Assembly (NCBI GenBank): GCA_039026935.1
Contig: JBCCLK010000003.1
Location: forward strand, 61,478-125,477
Length of the DNA stretch: 64,000 bases
Direction: 5' to 3'
Source: Pseudomonadota bacterium
GTDB lineage: Bacteria > Pseudomonadota > Alphaproteobacteria > Rhizobiales > MH13
Within the stretch, counting starts at the first letter, position 1. Each line of letters starts with the position of its first letter. Both the position numbers and the translations under genes were made by a program. The notes beneath the pieces are model-generated. The model did not search any database. It had not been told where the DNA came from and saw only the letters and a list, made by a program, of their open reading frames with translations. Of the stretch, positions 1 to 12,367 are shown piece by piece.

Positions 1-890
1 CGTCCAAAATTTGGTGTGCGTAGCATTTCCGCTTCGGTCTTCTGAATGAGATCGCCGATGTATACAATATTATCGTTCTTCAGGCAGTTGGCTGAACGAA
101 CCGACAGTTCAAGCTCATCCACCTTCTTGAGAAGCTCTGGCGAGAACGGGAAGTCGGGCAGTTCTTCTTCGACTTGCTCTTTCTCAGGCTCTTCAAAGTT
201 CACGAAAATCTGAAGCTGGTCTTGGAGAATGCGCGCAGCGTATGCAACCGCATCGTCGGCTGCGACGGCACCGTTTGTTTCGATATCCAGCGTCAGCTTG
301 TCATAGTCCAGGATCTGGCCTTCGCGTGTGTTTTCTACTTTGTAGGCAACACGCTTTACCGGCGAAAACAGCGAGTCGACTGGCACCAAGCCAATCGGAG
401 CATCATCGGGTCGATTGCGCTCGGCTTCGACATAACCCTTGCCGGTATCGACAGTGAACTCGATACGAACTTCAGAATCTTCATCAAGCGTGCACAGAAC
501 ATGGTCTGGGTTGAGGATCTCAACGTCACCGACTGTCTGAATGTCGCCAGCTGTCACGATCCCTGGGCCCTGCTTGCGCACGACCATGCGCTTTGGTCCC
601 TCGCCTTCCATGCGAAGCGCGATTTCTTTCACGTTCAAAACAATGTCCGTCACATCCTCACGAACGCCAGGAATAGACGAGAACTCGTGCAGCACGCCAT
701 CAATCTGCATACCGGTCACGGATGCACCTTGGATGGAAGATAGGAGGATACGGCGCAGGGCGTTGCCAAGCGTCAGGCCGTAGCCACGCTCCAGCGGTTC
801 AGCAATGACCTGAGCAATCCGACCATCTTCGCTGGATTTGATCTCCAGTTTGCTTGGTTTGATCAGGTTTTGCCAGTTTTTCTGGATCAT
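1..890 (-). CDS. rpoA: RNA polymerase alpha subunit (partial, runs off the window start)
   Basis: Minus-strand ATG at 890 reads [12 protein letters not shown]..., then [22 protein letters not shown]; directly downstream of rpsK. Confidence 0.97.
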   Translation of the reverse strand, partial: MIQKNWQNLIKPSKLEIKSSEDGRIAQVIAEPLERGYGLTLGNALRRILLSSIQGASVTGMQIDGVLHEFSSIPGVREDVTDIVLNVKEIALRMEGEGPKRMVVRKQGPGIVTAGDIQTVGDVEILNPDHVLCTLDEDSEVRIEFTVDTGKGYVEAERNRPDDAPIGLVPVDSLFSPVKRVAYKVENTREGQILDYDKLTLDIETNGAVAADDAVAYAARILQDQLQIFVNFEEPEKEQVEEELPDFPFSPELLKKVDELELSVRSANCLKNDNIVYIGDLIQKTEAEMLRTPNFG

Positions 891-1015
891 AAGGACACCC
901 TCTGGGGTTTTGTACGGGCACCGTGGCGAACGATGTGTGTTCGTGTGTGCCGCTCAAAAAAGAACTTTAATGCGAGAGGCTGAGCCACAGCACCAAAGAA
1001 ACGGAGATCCAACGC

Positions 1016-1405
1016 CTAAACGCGACGGCGTTTTGGCGGGCGACACCCATTATGCGGGATCGGTGTCACGTCGCGGATGGAGGTGATGGTGAACCCAGCT
1101 GCCTGAAGCGCGCGAAGAGCCGATTCCCGGCCCGACCCAGGGCCTGAAACTTCAACTTCAAGAGTTTTAACGCCGTGCTCTGAGGCTTTCTTGGCGGCAT
1201 CTTCCGCAGCAACCTGGGCCGCATAAGGCGTTGATTTCCGTGAGCCTTTGAAGCCCATAGCGCCGCAGGACGACCAAGAGATCGCATTGCCTTGCACATC
1301 GGTGATGGTGATCATCGTATTGTTGAACGATGAGCGCACGTGGGCGACGCCCGACGTGATATTTTTACGTTCGCGGCGGCGAACGCGTGTAGCTTCTTTT
1401 GCCAT
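1016..1405 (-). CDS. rpsK: 30S ribosomal protein S11
   Basis: [14 protein letters not shown] and [18 protein letters not shown]. Confidence 0.99.
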   Translation of the reverse strand: MAKEATRVRRRERKNITSGVAHVRSSFNNTMITITDVQGNAISWSSCGAMGFKGSRKSTPYAAQVAAEDAAKKASEHGVKTLEVEVSGPGSGRESALRALQAAGFTITSIRDVTPIPHNGCRPPKRRRV

Positions 1406-1511
1406 TTTAGTCCTTTAAATCGATCTCATTGTTGATCGTGAGGCCAACAGCCACCGGTCAACTCCACCGAAAACGAGGGACGCCAAGCATGACGAGCCAC
1501 CTCGCATATGC

Positions 1512-1880
1512 CTACTTTTTCTTGCCAGCAATTGCCTTGGCGGGCCCTTTGCGCGTGCGCGCGTTGGTGTGCGTGCGCTGACCACGAACCGGCAGACCAC
1601 GGCGGTGCCGCAGTCCACGATAGCATCCCAGATCCATGAGCCGTTTGATGTTCATCGATACCTGGCGACGTAGGTCACCTTCAACCATATAATCCCGGTC
1701 AATGGTTTCTCGGATTTGGATCACTTCGGCATCTGAAAGTTCATTGACACGCCGTGACGCTTCAATGTTGACCTTCTGAACAATTTCACCTGCTTTCGCA
1801 GCACCAATGCCGTGGATGTACTGAAGCGCAATGACGACGCGCTTGTTCGTAGGGATATTCACGCCTGCAATGCGGGCCAT
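1512..1880 (-). CDS. rpsM: 30S ribosomal protein S13
   Basis: [10 protein letters not shown]...[19 protein letters not shown]; start set at MARIAG. Confidence 0.99.
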   Translation of the reverse strand: MARIAGVNIPTNKRVVIALQYIHGIGAAKAGEIVQKVNIEASRRVNELSDAEVIQIRETIDRDYMVEGDLRRQVSMNIKRLMDLGCYRGLRHRRGLPVRGQRTHTNARTRKGPAKAIAGKKK

Positions 1881-2041
1881 CGTCTTTCTCCATAACAAAG
1901 AGGGTCACCAATAAGGTGGCACCATATGAGGTTCCCGCGTCCGGTGGAGGCCGGCCCTTGCGGGACAATCTGGACAAACAGAACACCCGCCCGCCTTGAA
2001 TTTGGCGACGGTTAACATCCCATTCTTCCAGAAGATGATGT

Positions 2042-2070
2042 CGCGTAATCGGTGAATCTGACAATGTCAA
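2042..2070 (-). promoter_or_regulatory. Candidate sigma70 promoter for rpsM-rpsK-rpoA
   Basis: Minus strand TTGACA-N17-TACGCG in the adk-rpsM gap; weak -10 element. Confidence 0.4.
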
Positions 2071-2122
2071 GCACCAACGCGAGTTTATCTCTTCTGCTGC
2101 GCAGATCATTCAAAATGGTAGG

Positions 2123-2707
2123 TTAGAGGGACGACAGAACGCTCCCAATTTCGCTCGTTACCTCATCAATGGAGGCCATGCCATCCACTGTCTTGAGCAT
2201 GCCTTTGGCATAATAGTAGCCCGTCAGTGGCGCTGTGCTCTTATAGTAAGCGCGTAGCCGTTCATCGAACACGTCGGGGTTGTCATCTTTGCGAACAGGT
2301 TGACCCGCGGCAGCGGCGGCTTCAGCGCGTTTAACGATCCGTCCCACAAGCGCACGATCATCCACAATCAGTTCGATGACCACATCGAGCGGGAAACCCT
2401 TCTCGGCTAAGACCGCTCCAAGAGCGTCTGCCTGCGGCAGCGTCCTTGGGTATCCATCAAGGATAAAACCCTTTGTGCAGTCTGGCTGGGAAATCCGATC
2501 TGACACGATCTGATTGACGATAGCATCGGAAACAAGCTCGCCAGCCTCCATGATCGCCTTGGCCTTAAGACCTGTCTCCGTCCCCGCAGCAACAGCTGCA
2601 CGCAACATATCACCAGTCGAAAGTTGAGGAATGCCATGGGCTTCCACCAACCGACCGGCCTGGGTCCCTTTGCCAGCTCCTGGCGGACCCAGAAGGATCA
2701 ATTTCAT
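2123..2707 (-). CDS. adk: Adenylate kinase (short LID)
   Basis: [24 protein letters not shown]. Confidence 0.98.
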   Translation of the reverse strand: MKLILLGPPGAGKGTQAGRLVEAHGIPQLSTGDMLRAAVAAGTETGLKAKAIMEAGELVSDAIVNQIVSDRISQPDCTKGFILDGYPRTLPQADALGAVLAEKGFPLDVVIELIVDDRALVGRIVKRAEAAAAAGQPVRKDDNPDVFDERLRAYYKSTAPLTGYYYAKGMLKTVDGMASIDEVTSEIGSVLSSL

Positions 2708-4038
2708 CTACGCTTCCCCCGCAACTTCGCTTTTTTCACCAACCCCTCATATTGATGCGCGAGAAGGTGACCTTGCACCTGCTGCACGGTGTCCATCGTT
2801 ACAGACACCACAATGAGAAGCGATGTGCCTCCGAAGTAAAAGGGAACGCCTGAATAGGAAATGAGAAATTCGGGTATAAGGCAGACAATCGTCAGGTAAG
2901 CTGCACCCGCAACAGTGATACGGGTTAGAACGAAGTCAATATAACTCGCTGTCCGTTCTCCTGGACGAATGCCTGGAATAAAGCCGCCATGCTTGCGAAG
3001 ATTGTCAGCCGTGTCGGCCGGATTGAAGACAATGGCCGTATAGAAGAACGCGAAAAAGATAATACCGGCTGCGTAGAGAAGCATATAGGCTGGCTGGCCA
3101 TGGCCGAGCAGCGCTGTCAGTGTGGCGATCCATCCTGTCGCTTGAGTTCCATCGGAAAAGCCTGCGAGCGTCGCTGGCAGAAGCAGCAAGGACGAGGCGA
3201 AGATTGGTGGGATCACACCCGCGGTGTTCAGCTTGAGTGGCAAGTGCGAACTCTCGCCCTGCGTCATGCGGTTGCCAACCTGGCGTTTGGGATACTGAAT
3301 CAACAAACGACGTTGAGCGCGTTCCACGAAGACGATGAACGCGATCACCACGACCGCCAGAACGATCACTGTGAGAATGATACCAGTGCCAATCGCACCC
3401 TGACGTCCAAGTTCGAGCGTCTGAGCCAGGGCCCGCGGCAGTTCAGCCACAATCCCAGCGAAGATGATAAGCGAGATGCCGTTGCTAACGCCACGCGCCG
3501 TGATCTGTTCGCCGAGCCACATTAGGAACATAGTGCCGCCAACAAGCGTGATGACCGTCGTCAGGCGGAAGAACCAGCCTGGATCGGTCACAATCGTGCC
3601 AGACGCCTCCAAGCCAACAGCGATGCCGTATGATTGGATCGCCGCCAACACCACTGTTCCATAGCGGGTGTATTGATTGATGACCTTACGGCCTTGCTCA
3701 CCCTCTTTCTTAAGCTGTTCCAACTTCGGCGAGACAGTCGTCATCAGCTGAATGATGATGGACGCCGTGATGTAAGGCATGATGCCAAGCGCGAACACAG
3801 CCATGCGCTGTACAGCGCCGCCGGTGAACATATTGAAGAGACCAACGACACCTTGAGCTGCTTGATCAAAAGCTGCTGCAAACGCTTCAGGCTCGATCCC
3901 TGGCATAGGGATGTAGGTACCCAAGCGGTACACAAGAAGTGCACCCAGTGTGAACCAGATGCGCTTTTTAAGATCTTCAGCCTTCGCGAAGGTCTTGAAG
4001 GAAAAGTTGGAAGCTAGCTGCTCAGCTGCTGACGCCAT
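2704..4038 (-). CDS. secY: Preprotein translocase subunit SecY
   Basis: [32 protein letters not shown]. Confidence 0.99.
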   Translation of the reverse strand: MASAAEQLASNFSFKTFAKAEDLKKRIWFTLGALLVYRLGTYIPMPGIEPEAFAAAFDQAAQGVVGLFNMFTGGAVQRMAVFALGIMPYITASIIIQLMTTVSPKLEQLKKEGEQGRKVINQYTRYGTVVLAAIQSYGIAVGLEASGTIVTDPGWFFRLTTVITLVGGTMFLMWLGEQITARGVSNGISLIIFAGIVAELPRALAQTLELGRQGAIGTGIILTVIVLAVVVIAFIVFVERAQRRLLIQYPKRQVGNRMTQGESSHLPLKLNTAGVIPPIFASSLLLLPATLAGFSDGTQATGWIATLTALLGHGQPAYMLLYAAGIIFFAFFYTAIVFNPADTADNLRKHGGFIPGIRPGERTASYIDFVLTRITVAGAAYLTIVCLIPEFLISYSGVPFYFGGTSLLIVVSVTMDTVQQVQGHLLAHQYEGLVKKAKLRGKRR

Positions 4039-4146
4039 TCAAAATCGATCCTTGCAAAGTCCATCGGTGCAAACCAGCTCGTTTGTCTGAATGCCCAAAG
4101 ACAGGCAAGAGACATGATACCGAAATCCAGACCTAATCCCAGCAGG

Positions 4147-4635
4147 TTACTGCGCTGTCCCGCCAGTCGCTTTGGTCTGTTCGATTTGGACGTTTCCGCC
4201 AGCCTTTTCAACCGCTGCGACCGCGCCTTTTGAGGCACCAGCAACGAAAATCTGCAACGAGGCTTTCAACTCGCCGTTACCCAGGAGACGAACACCATCT
4301 TTGGCCAGCTTGGTAATGATCCCGCTTGCGACCAGCGCAGCAGCATCGACCGGAGTTTTGGCGTCGAGCTTGCCTGCGTCAACCGCTTGCTGAAGGCGAC
4401 CAACATTTACCTCAGAAAACTCTTTGGCAAAGATGTTGTTGAAACCGCGCTTGGGAAGACGCCGGTACATTGGCATCTGACCACCCTCAAACCCTTTGAT
4501 AGCAACACCGGAGCGTGATTTTTGGCCTTTGACACCACGACCAGAGGTCTTGCCTTTGCCTGAGCCGATACCACGGCCAACGCGTTTCTTGGATTTTGCA
4601 GAGCCCGCACGGGGCGAGAGTTCGTTGAGTTTCAT
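4147..4635 (-). CDS. rplO: 50S ribosomal protein L15
   Basis: [25 protein letters not shown]; start set at MKLNEL. Confidence 0.98.
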   Translation of the reverse strand: MKLNELSPRAGSAKSKKRVGRGIGSGKGKTSGRGVKGQKSRSGVAIKGFEGGQMPMYRRLPKRGFNNIFAKEFSEVNVGRLQQAVDAGKLDAKTPVDAAALVASGIITKLAKDGVRLLGNGELKASLQIFVAGASKGAVAAVEKAGGNVQIEQTKATGGTAQ

Positions 4636-4727
4636 GTCTTTTGTCTCCACTTGCGCGGGAGGATACCTGCCCTACCCGCTCGCTTCTCGACGTTTCATCA
4701 GCACGACCTTAGAGGCAGTCGACGATT

Positions 4728-4919
4728 TTAGCTCTCGTCCACAACGCGAACGAGATGATGCACCTTTTGGATCATGCCGCGCACAGCGGGGGTATCTTCA
4801 AGGGTTTTCTTCCGGTGAAGCTTGTTGAGCCCAAGTCCGATCAACGTGGCGCGTTGATCAGGCTGGCGACCAATTGGGCTACCAATCTGTTCAACAGTAA
4901 CGGTTTTGGCCTGTGCCAT
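4728..4919 (-). CDS. rpmD: 50S ribosomal protein L30
   Basis: [10 protein letters not shown]...DTPAVRGMI; spc operon order. Confidence 0.97.
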   Translation of the reverse strand: MAQAKTVTVEQIGSPIGRQPDQRATLIGLGLNKLHRKKTLEDTPAVRGMIQKVHHLVRVVDES

Positions 4920-4943
4920 AGTGCTAACTCCTTACACCCAAGC

Positions 4944-5489
4944 TTACGCTTCGACCGTAGCGTCGCCACGACGTGCCTGGAGAACAGACACTTTGAGGCC
5001 GCGACGTGCCGCAACCGAACGAGGACTGTCTTCTTCACGAAGCGCATCAAAAGTGGCACGAACCATGTTGTAGGGGTTCGATGTGCCCTGAGATTTAGCA
5101 ACGATGTCCTGGATGCCAAGCGTTTCGAAAACGGCGCGCATCGGACCACCGGCAATAATACCAGTACCTGGAGGTGCAGCGCGCAGAAGCACTTTACCCG
5201 CACCGTGACGACCTTTCACATCATGATGGAGAGTGCGGCCTTCGCGAAGCGGCACACGGATCATCGTGCGTTTGGCCGATTCTGTAGCCTTGCGGATCGC
5301 TTCAGGCACTTCTCGTGCCTTACCATGGCCAAAGCCTACACGGCCTTTTTGATCGCCAACAACAACGAGTGCGGCGAAACCGAAACGCTTACCACCCTTC
5401 ACCGTCTTCGATACGCGGTTGATGTGCACCAGCTTGTCGACAAATTCACTTTTCTCTTCGCGATCACGATCGCGCTCACGACCTGCCAT
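4944..5489 (-). CDS. rpsE: 30S ribosomal protein S5
   Basis: [24 protein letters not shown]. Confidence 0.98.
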   Translation of the reverse strand: MAGRERDRDREEKSEFVDKLVHINRVSKTVKGGKRFGFAALVVVGDQKGRVGFGHGKAREVPEAIRKATESAKRTMIRVPLREGRTLHHDVKGRHGAGKVLLRAAPPGTGIIAGGPMRAVFETLGIQDIVAKSQGTSNPYNMVRATFDALREEDSPRSVAARRGLKVSVLQARRGDATVEA

Positions 5490-5593
5490 GGTCATTTTCC
5501 TTTTCAGTGTCCAGTGGCGGGAAGACCCTATGCCTGCCCTACCCTCCGGTGCGACCGATTGCCTTCGCAAAGCTTGCTAGGGCTGCGGCCGGG

Positions 5594-5624
5594 TTTGTAT
5601 CGGGTCAAAACGGCCCGATACAAA
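5594..5624 (-). other. 11-bp-stem hairpin just after the rplR stop
   Basis: TTTGTATCGGG-N9-CCCGATACAAA inverted repeat. Confidence 0.6.
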
Positions 5625-5628
5625 TTGC

Positions 5629-5988
5629 TTAGAAATTAAGGCCACCTTCGCGGGCAGCATCGGCCAGTGCCTTAACGCGGCCGTGATAGCGGAAACTACC
5701 GCGGTCAAAAATCACTGCATCAATGCCTGCCTCTTTCGCGCGCTGCGCCACAAGCTTGCCAACCTCGGCTGCCGCGCTGGTGTCTGCGCCTGTCTTGAGG
5801 TTGCCACGCATATCTTTTTCCAGCGTGGATGCAGAAGCAATCGTTGTTCCTGCCAAATCATCGATGACCTGGGCGTAGATGTGGCGGCCCGTGCGGTGTA
5901 CCGACAGGCGCGCACGCCCATTGGCCACTTTGCGAAGCTGTTTGCGAACCCGTGCGCGGCGGCGCTCATCAGGTGTTTGATATGCCAT
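5629..5988 (-). CDS. rplR: 50S ribosomal protein L18
   Basis: [26 protein letters not shown]. Confidence 0.98.
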   Translation of the reverse strand: MAYQTPDERRRARVRKQLRKVANGRARLSVHRTGRHIYAQVIDDLAGTTIASASTLEKDMRGNLKTGADTSAAAEVGKLVAQRAKEAGIDAVIFDRGSFRYHGRVKALADAAREGGLNF

Positions 5989-6086
5989 GTGTCTGCCTTT
6001 CTAAACTCTTGATAACCTGACCGCGCATCCCAAGCAGTTTGGGGCGGGTGATATAGGCCTGATCAAGATAGCCCCAAAGCGGGGTG

Positions 6087-6620
6087 TTACTTGTTCTTAC
6101 CTTCTTTGCGGAAGATATATTCATCGGCATATTTGATGCCTTTGCCTTTGTAAGGCTCTGGCGGACGGAACTCGCGGATTTCTGCCGCAGCCTGTCCAAC
6201 GCGCTGTTTATCAATGCCTGATAAAATGATTTCTGTTGGCTTGGGCACGGCAACCGCCACGCCTTCGGGCACGTCGTAAATCACATCATTGGAATAACCA
6301 AGCGCCAGCGTGAGCTTGGAGCCCTGCGCTTGGGCGCGGTAACCAACACCATTCAACTCAAGCTTCTTTTCAAAGCCCTCCGACACCCCAACAACGAGGT
6401 TGTTTACGAGCGTACGCGACATGCCCCACATGGATCGGGAACGCTTGTCTTGCCCGCGAGGGCTCACTTCTATGCCGTCATCACCCATCGCAACGGAGCA
6501 TTCGTCAACCACCGTGATGGCGAGCTCGCCCTTGGGGCCCTTCACCGAAACCGTTTGACCATCAACGGTCGCTGTCACGCCGCTCGGCACGGCGACTGGT
6601 TTTTTACCAATACGAGACAT
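6087..6620 (-). CDS. rplF: 50S ribosomal protein L6
   Basis: MSRIGKKPV...[11 protein letters not shown]. Confidence 0.99.
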   Translation of the reverse strand: MSRIGKKPVAVPSGVTATVDGQTVSVKGPKGELAITVVDECSVAMGDDGIEVSPRGQDKRSRSMWGMSRTLVNNLVVGVSEGFEKKLELNGVGYRAQAQGSKLTLALGYSNDVIYDVPEGVAVAVPKPTEIILSGIDKQRVGQAAAEIREFRPPEPYKGKGIKYADEYIFRKEGKNK

Positions 6621-6665
6621 GGATTGTTCCTTTCTCTGAGCTGGTTTCTTCTTATGTCTTGCGAC

Positions 6666-7064
6666 TTAGAAGACCTGGCACAAAACCTCGCCGCCAACAT
6701 TTTCTTCACGCGCCTGATGATCAGCCATCACACCCTTTGGTGTCGACAAGATCGAAACGCCAAGACCATTGTTCACGGTTGGGATGTTGCGGACCGACGC
6801 GTAAACTCTGCGACCTGGTTTCGAGATACGCTGGATCTGACGGATCACTGGAGCACCATCAAAATACTTTAGCTCAATAGTAATCTCGTCTTTGCCAGCG
6901 CCATGTTCAACGCGTGAGTAGCCACGGATGTAGCCCTCGTCGGTCAGCACCTGAAGCACACGCTCACGCAGCTTCGAGGCTGGCGCTATAACGCTTGTTT
7001 TGTTGCGCATTTGCGCGTTGCGAATACGCGTGAGCATATCGCCAATCGGATCTGTCATCGCCAT
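6666..7064 (-). CDS. rpsH: 30S ribosomal protein S8
   Basis: [28 protein letters not shown]. Confidence 0.99.
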   Translation of the reverse strand: MAMTDPIGDMLTRIRNAQMRNKTSVIAPASKLRERVLQVLTDEGYIRGYSRVEHGAGKDEITIELKYFDGAPVIRQIQRISKPGRRVYASVRNIPTVNNGLGVSILSTPKGVMADHQAREENVGGEVLCQVF

Positions 7065-7077
7065 GGTGAAGACCCTC

Positions 7078-7383
7078 CTACCAACTTGATTTCACAAGGC
7101 CCGGCACATCGCCGAGAAGCCCAAGCTCACGAAGCGCAATACGCGACATGCCAAGCTTGCGATAATAGGCGCGCGGGCGACCTGTCACATTGCAACGGTT
7201 GCGCACGCGAATTTTTGACGAATTGCGGGGCAACTGAGCAAGTTTAAGCGTTGCATTGAAACGCTCTTCAGGACTTGCGGATTTATCGTGAATGATTGCG
7301 TTCAGCTCGGCGCGCTTGGTGGCATACTGATCCACCAGCTTGCGACGACGCTTATTCTTTTCAACGGCGCTTTTTTTAGCCAT
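7078..7383 (-). CDS. rpsN: 30S ribosomal protein S14 (long, zinc-free type)
   Basis: [16 protein letters not shown]...PGLVKSSW. Confidence 0.98.
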   Translation of the reverse strand: MAKKSAVEKNKRRRKLVDQYATKRAELNAIIHDKSASPEERFNATLKLAQLPRNSSKIRVRNRCNVTGRPRAYYRKLGMSRIALRELGLLGDVPGLVKSSW

Positions 7384-7408
7384 CTGTCATCTATCCTTGT
7401 GAAAAGCG

Positions 7409-7969
7409 TCAGTTCGAGCGGAACGGGAAGTTGAAATGCTTCAACAGCGCCCGCGCTTCATCGTCATTGTCAGCTGTTGTACAGACGATCACATCAAAGC
7501 CCCAGATTTGATCGACCTTGTCATAGTCAATCTCAGGAAACACGATGTGCTCTTTGATGCCCATGGCGTAGTTGCCATTGCCATCAAAGCTCTTCGGATT
7601 AAGCCCGCGGAAGTCGCGAACCCGAGGAAGAGCGATCGTCACCAAGCGGTCAACAAACTCGTACATGCGTGTTTTGCGCAGCGTCACCTTGGCACCGAGC
7701 GGCATTTGCTCACGCACTTTAAAGCCGGCGATCGACTTGCGCGCATGCGTCACAACGGCTTTCTGGCCAGCAATCGCGGACAAATCTTCTGCGGCCGAGC
7801 GAACTTTTTTGGTGTCGCCAACCGCTTCGCCGATACCCATGTTGAGTACGATCTTATCAAGCGCCGGCAACTGCATAGGGTTCTTATAGGAGAACTCCTC
7901 CTGCAACTTGGCGCGTATCTGATCCTGATAAAGCGTTTTCATACGCGGAGTGTACTGTGCATCAGCCAT
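7409..7969 (-). CDS. rplE: 50S ribosomal protein L5
   Basis: [18 protein letters not shown]; start set at MADAQ. Confidence 0.98.
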   Translation of the reverse strand: MADAQYTPRMKTLYQDQIRAKLQEEFSYKNPMQLPALDKIVLNMGIGEAVGDTKKVRSAAEDLSAIAGQKAVVTHARKSIAGFKVREQMPLGAKVTLRKTRMYEFVDRLVTIALPRVRDFRGLNPKSFDGNGNYAMGIKEHIVFPEIDYDKVDQIWGFDVIVCTTADNDDEARALLKHFNFPFRSN

Positions 7970-8279
7970 CGATTGCTTCTCCCGAACGGCTGGCGACGCG
8001 CACTTTCGTGCCATCGTCTTTGATTTGGAAACTCACCCGTGTCGGCTTGCCATCTTTGGGATCGCGCAACGCGACGTTGGACAGCTGAATAGGTGCTTCT
8101 TTGGAGATAATACCGGCCTCTTTACCAGGCGCTGCACGCTGGTGCTTCTTCACCAAGTTCACACCTTGGACCAAAGCGCGGTTCTCTTTCGGGATCACCT
8201 GCATCACCTGACCAGAACGACCTTTGTCGCGGCCAGCCAGAACAACAACGGTGTCGCCCTTTTTAATCTTAGCAGACAT
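7962..8279 (-). CDS. rplX: 50S ribosomal protein L24
   Basis: [20 protein letters not shown] motif. Confidence 0.98.
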   Translation of the reverse strand: MSAKIKKGDTVVVLAGRDKGRSGQVMQVIPKENRALVQGVNLVKKHQRAAPGKEAGIISKEAPIQLSNVALRDPKDGKPTRVSFQIKDDGTKVRVASRSGEAIDG

Positions 8280-8281
8280 CG

Positions 8282-8650
8282 TTACAGCACCTCCGGTGCA
8301 AGCGAGATGATCTTCATGTGCTTCTTGGCACGTAACTCACGCGGTACTGGCCCGAAGATACGCGTGCCAATCGGCTCTTTGCTGTTATTGACCAAAACAG
8401 CAGCATTGCGGTCAAATCGGATCACCGAACCGTCTGGACGACGGATGTCTTTCGCGGTGCGCACGACGACGGCTTTCATCACGTCGCCCTTCTTCACACG
8501 GCCCCGGGGGATGGCTTCCTTCACAGAGACGACGATGATGTCGCCCACGCCCGCATATTTGCGCTTGGAGCCGCCCAAAACCTTGATGCACATAACACGA
8601 CGCGCGCCCGAATTGTCGGCGACATCGAGGTTTGTTTGCATCTGGATCAT
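8282..8650 (-). CDS. rplN: 50S ribosomal protein L14
   Basis: [16 protein letters not shown]...IISLAPEVL. Confidence 0.99.
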   Translation of the reverse strand: MIQMQTNLDVADNSGARRVMCIKVLGGSKRKYAGVGDIIVVSVKEAIPRGRVKKGDVMKAVVVRTAKDIRRPDGSVIRFDRNAAVLVNNSKEPIGTRIFGPVPRELRAKKHMKIISLAPEVL

Positions 8651-8685
8651 GGCTTTATGCCTTTCTTACAAACGTCGGATGCTAA

Positions 8686-8946
8686 CTACCCGTTGGACGC
8701 CATGAGCGCCCGGGACTCGTCAGCGAGAACCAGAAAATTCTTTGTCTTGGACAGGGGGCGACATTCTTCGATGATCACCCGATCACCCGTCTTGAACGAG
8801 TTTTCAGCGTCGTGCGCATGGTACTTTTTTGTCCGGCGCACGGTCTTTTTCAAAAGCGGATGAGTAAAGCGGCGCTCTACCAGAACGGTTACCGTCTGGT
8901 CTGTTTTGTCGCTCACCACCGTGCCTTGCAGAACGCGTTTTGGCAT
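8686..8946 (-). CDS. rpsQ: 30S ribosomal protein S17
   Basis: [23 protein letters not shown]. Confidence 0.98.
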   Translation of the reverse strand: MPKRVLQGTVVSDKTDQTVTVLVERRFTHPLLKKTVRRTKKYHAHDAENSFKTGDRVIIEECRPLSKTKNFLVLADESRALMASNG

Positions 8947-8978
8947 CTTTGCTTCTCTTTCTTCGTGACGAACAGCGC

Positions 8979-9185
8979 TTAGGACGCGCTCGCAGCTTCA
9001 CGCCGCTTGGCGGTCAGCACTGTGTTGATACGGGCGATATCCCGGCGAACCTGACGGAAACGCGCGGTGTTTTCGAGCTGCCCGGTGGCACGCTGAAAGC
9101 GCAGGTTAAACTGCTCTTTCTTCAGCTTGACCAGTTCGTCGGTCAGCTGATCAGCGGTCATAATGTGAGCGTCTTGAGCTTTCAT
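8979..9185 (-). CDS. rpmC: 50S ribosomal protein L29
   Basis: [18 protein letters not shown]. Confidence 0.98.
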   Translation of the reverse strand: MKAQDAHIMTADQLTDELVKLKKEQFNLRFQRATGQLENTARFRQVRRDIARINTVLTAKRREAASAS

Positions 9186-9203
9186 CGGTCTATCTCTCCC
9201 GCT

Positions 9204-9617
9204 CTACTCAGAAATACGCTGCACGAAGCGCGTTTTGACGGGAAGCTTCATCGCGGCCAGACGCAGTGCTTCGCGTGCCACGTCCTCAGAGACTCCATCA
9301 ATCTCAAACATCACACGGCCAGGTTTTACCTTGCAGGCCCAGTACTCAACCGAGCCCTTACCCTTACCCATGCGCACTTCGGTCGGCTTCTTTGTGACCG
9401 GTACATCGGGGAAGATGCGGATCCACACACGGCCTGCACGCTTCATGTGACGTGTCATGGCGCGTCGAGCAGCTTCGATCTGACGTGCTGTGACACGTTC
9501 AGGCTCTTGCGCCTTCAGACCGAACGACCCAAAGTTAAGCGTTGTGCCGCCCTTCGCGTCGCCTTTAATCCGGCCTTTATGCTGTTTGCGAAACTTCGTG
9601 CGTTTCGGTTGAAGCAT
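9204..9617 (-). CDS. rplP: 50S ribosomal protein L16
   Basis: [20 protein letters not shown]. Confidence 0.99.
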   Translation of the reverse strand: MLQPKRTKFRKQHKGRIKGDAKGGTTLNFGSFGLKAQEPERVTARQIEAARRAMTRHMKRAGRVWIRIFPDVPVTKKPTEVRMGKGKGSVEYWACKVKPGRVMFEIDGVSEDVAREALRLAAMKLPVKTRFVQRISE

Positions 9618-9778
9618 AGCTTTTGTTCCTGTTGTTCATGTCCGGTCTCCGTAAGTCAGCCAAGACGGTGAGCGTACGGACGCGAAACATATCTTCTGTT
9701 GTCAGGTCCGTATCGAGACCCATAGCCATGCGCAACAAAGAACGTCGCGCAGGGCAGTTTTAGGAGGTCGTTGGAGTG

Positions 9779-10519
9779 TTAGTCGCGACGGCGACCACCA
9801 CCACCACCTCCGGAGGCTTCCATGGCGCGTTTTTCAGATGCCAGCGGATCATGCTCCATGATCTCGCCTTTGTAGATCCACACCTTGATACCAATGATCC
9901 CGTATGCGGTCTTCGCTTCTGCGGTGCCGTAATCGACATCCGCACGCAGTGTGTGTAGAGGCACCTGGCCTTCACGATACCACTCGACGCGGGCAATCTC
10001 AGCGCCGCCAAGACGACCACCGGAGTTGATCCGGATACCAAGAGCACCTGCCTTCATTGCGTTCTGAACAGCGCGTTTCATGGCGCGGCGGAAGGCTACA
10101 CGACGCTCAAGCTGAGAGGCGATCGACTGAGCGACCAAGGTCGCATCGGTATCGGGTTTGCGAACCTCAACAATATTGAGGTGCACTTCAGAGTCCGTCA
10201 TCCCTGAGATTGCGCGACGTAAGCGCTCGATATTCTCACCCTTCGGCCCGATGATAAAACCAGGACGCGCGGTGTGAATGGAGATGCGGCACTTTTTCAG
10301 CGGACGCTCAATCACGATCTTTGAGATTGCCGGATCGGCGCCACCACGGCTGCGCTCGCCTTCTTTCTTGACGAAAGTTGGGAGTTTCTCAGTGATGAAC
10401 TTGCGGATCTGCAAGTCTTCATGAAGCAGCTTCGCGTAATTGTCGTCAGCGAACCAGCGGGAGTTCCACGTCTGATTGATGCCAAGGCGAAGGCCCGTGG
10501 GGATAACTTTCTGGCCCAT
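9779..10519 (-). CDS. rpsC: 30S ribosomal protein S3 (insertion in the KH domain)
   Basis: MGQKV...[10 protein letters not shown]...[13 protein letters not shown]. Confidence 0.98.
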   Translation of the reverse strand: MGQKVIPTGLRLGINQTWNSRWFADDNYAKLLHEDLQIRKFITEKLPTFVKKEGERSRGGADPAISKIVIERPLKKCRISIHTARPGFIIGPKGENIERLRRAISGMTDSEVHLNIVEVRKPDTDATLVAQSIASQLERRVAFRRAMKRAVQNAMKAGALGIRINSGGRLGGAEIARVEWYREGQVPLHTLRADVDYGTAEAKTAYGIIGIKVWIYKGEIMEHDPLASEKRAMEASGGGGGGRRRD

Positions 10520-10899
10520 TAAGCGGCCTCCTCAACTTCGCGAACAATGATGGTGAGGTTCGAGAATGGCTTCTGGATTCGACCAACGCGGCCGCGAGCA
10601 CGGGGTTGCCAGCGCTTCATAACCAGTGCTTTGCCAACGAACGCTTGCGCGACAACCAAATTGTCGACATCCAGGTCGTGATTGTTCTCGGCGTTCGCCA
10701 CTGCAGACTCGAGAGCCTTTTTAACGTCGCCAGCGATGCGCTTGCGAGAAAAAGTCAGATCAGCCAGCGCCTTATCGACCTTCTTGCCGCGGATCATCGA
10801 GGCAACGAGGTTCAGCTTCTGCGGGCTGATGCGCAGACGACGAACAACCGCCTTCGCCTCATTATCTGCCAACGTGCGTTCGCGTGATGGTTTACCCAT
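10519..10899 (-). CDS. rplV: 50S ribosomal protein L22
   Basis: [26 protein letters not shown]. Confidence 0.98.
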   Translation of the reverse strand: MGKPSRERTLADNEAKAVVRRLRISPQKLNLVASMIRGKKVDKALADLTFSRKRIAGDVKKALESAVANAENNHDLDVDNLVVAQAFVGKALVMKRWQPRARGRVGRIQKPFSNLTIIVREVEEAA

Positions 10900-10914
10900 A
10901 ACGACTTCCTCTGA

Positions 10915-11193
10915 TTACTTCCGCTTGGCCTTTTTATCGGCAGCGTGTCCATAATAGGTACGGCTCGGCGCAAACTCACCGAACTTGTGACCGATCATGT
11001 CCTCCGACACAGAAACAGGAATGTGCTTCTGGCCGTTGTAGACACCAAAGGTCAGACCGACGAATTGCGGCAGGATCGTTGAACGACGTGACCAGATCTT
11101 GATCACTTCGTTACGACCGCTTTCGCGAGACTTTTCAGCCTTCTTCAAAATGTACCCGTCGATAAACGGGCCTTTCCAAACAGAACGAGCCAA
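10915..11193 (-). CDS. rpsS: 30S ribosomal protein S19
   Basis: [22 protein letters not shown]; TTG start. Confidence 0.99.
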   Translation of the reverse strand: MARSVWKGPFIDGYILKKAEKSRESGRNEVIKIWSRRSTILPQFVGLTFGVYNGQKHIPVSVSEDMIGHKFGEFAPSRTYYGHAADKKAKRK

Positions 11194-11204
11194 ATCGGCC
11201 TCCG

Positions 11205-12044
11205 TTACTTCTTCTTGCGCTGATGACGCGAGCGAATGATGAATTTGTCAGTCGACTTGTTGGAGCGCGTGCGCTTACCCTTGGTCGGCTTACCCCATGG
11301 GGTCACTGGATGACGACCACCGGAGGTACGACCCTCACCACCACCATGCGGGTGATCAACAGGGTTCATAACGACACCACGGACCGACGGGCGACGACCA
11401 AGCCAACGCGAACGACCGGCCTTACCAAGGTTCGTGTTCATATGATCTGGGTTGGACACAGCGCCGACAGATGCAAAGCACTGACCGTGGATCAAACGCT
11501 GCTCGCCGGACTGAAGGCGAACAATGGCATACGCGCCATCGCGGCCAACCAGCTGAGCGTAAGCACCAGCTGAACGAGCGATCTGTCCACCCTTACCGAT
11601 CTTCAATTCCACATTGTGGATGATGGTTCCAACCGGCATAGAAGCAAGTGGCATGGCATTGCCAGGCTTCACGTCGACCTTTTCACCAGCAATCACAGTA
11701 TCACCAACAGACAGACGCTGCGGCGCGAGAATGTAAGCCTGATCACCATCCTGATAAGTGACGAGCGCGATGAAAGCGGTACGGTTAGGATCGTACTCCA
11801 GACGCTCAACGGTGCCTGGGCTATCCATCTTTGCGCGCCGTTTGAAGTCGATAATACGATAGGTGCGCTTCACGCCACCACCACGACGACGCACGGTCAC
11901 CCGACCGGTGTTGTTGCGGCCACCCTTTGACGTCAAGCCTTCAGTCAACGTCTTGACCGGACCACCTTTATGAAGGTGTGACCGGTCGACAGCGACCAGC
12001 TGGCGGCGCCCCGGCGATGTTGGATTGAATGTCTTCAATGCCAT
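11205..12044 (-). CDS. rplB: 50S ribosomal protein L2
   Basis: [23 protein letters not shown]. Confidence 0.99.
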   Translation of the reverse strand: MALKTFNPTSPGRRQLVAVDRSHLHKGGPVKTLTEGLTSKGGRNNTGRVTVRRRGGGVKRTYRIIDFKRRAKMDSPGTVERLEYDPNRTAFIALVTYQDGDQAYILAPQRLSVGDTVIAGEKVDVKPGNAMPLASMPVGTIIHNVELKIGKGGQIARSAGAYAQLVGRDGAYAIVRLQSGEQRLIHGQCFASVGAVSNPDHMNTNLGKAGRSRWLGRRPSVRGVVMNPVDHPHGGGEGRTSGGRHPVTPWGKPTKGKRTRSNKSTDKFIIRSRHQRKKK

Positions 12045-12073
12045 GGTTTTAGTTCCTCAAATCCCGCACACAC

Positions 12074-12367
12074 TTAAAGGCCCGTCGTCACGTCGATGGA
12101 CTGACCGTCCTCAAGCGTCACGATTGCCTTCTTAACGTCTGACTGTTTGCCGAGCATGCCGCGGAACCGCTTCACCTTGCCCTTGCGCACGAGCGTGTTG
12201 ACCGCTTTCACCTTAACCGAGAACAGCGCTTCCACAGCCGCCTTGATCTCAGGCTTGGTTGCGGTTGGAGCGACGTTGAACATAACCTGGCCGTTCTCGG
12301 ATGCCATCGTCGATTTTTCTGTAATGATCGGTGAGACGATCACGTCGTAATGCTTTGGATTGCTCAT
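12074..12367 (-). CDS. rplW: 50S ribosomal protein L23
   Basis: [15 protein letters not shown]. Confidence 0.98.
   Translation of the reverse strand: MSNPKHYDVIVSPIITEKSTMASENGQVMFNVAPTATKPEIKAAVEALFSVKVKAVNTLVRKGKVKRFRGMLGKQSDVKKAIVTLEDGQSIDVTTGL

Noticed and set aside
1881-2122. No infA, map or rpmJ between adk and rpsM
   Set aside because: Normal for alphaproteobacterial spc/alpha clusters.
9786-9812. GGT repeat run at the end of rpsC
   Set aside because: Encodes a low-complexity Gly/Arg tail typical of S3 C-termini; not a phase-variation repeat.
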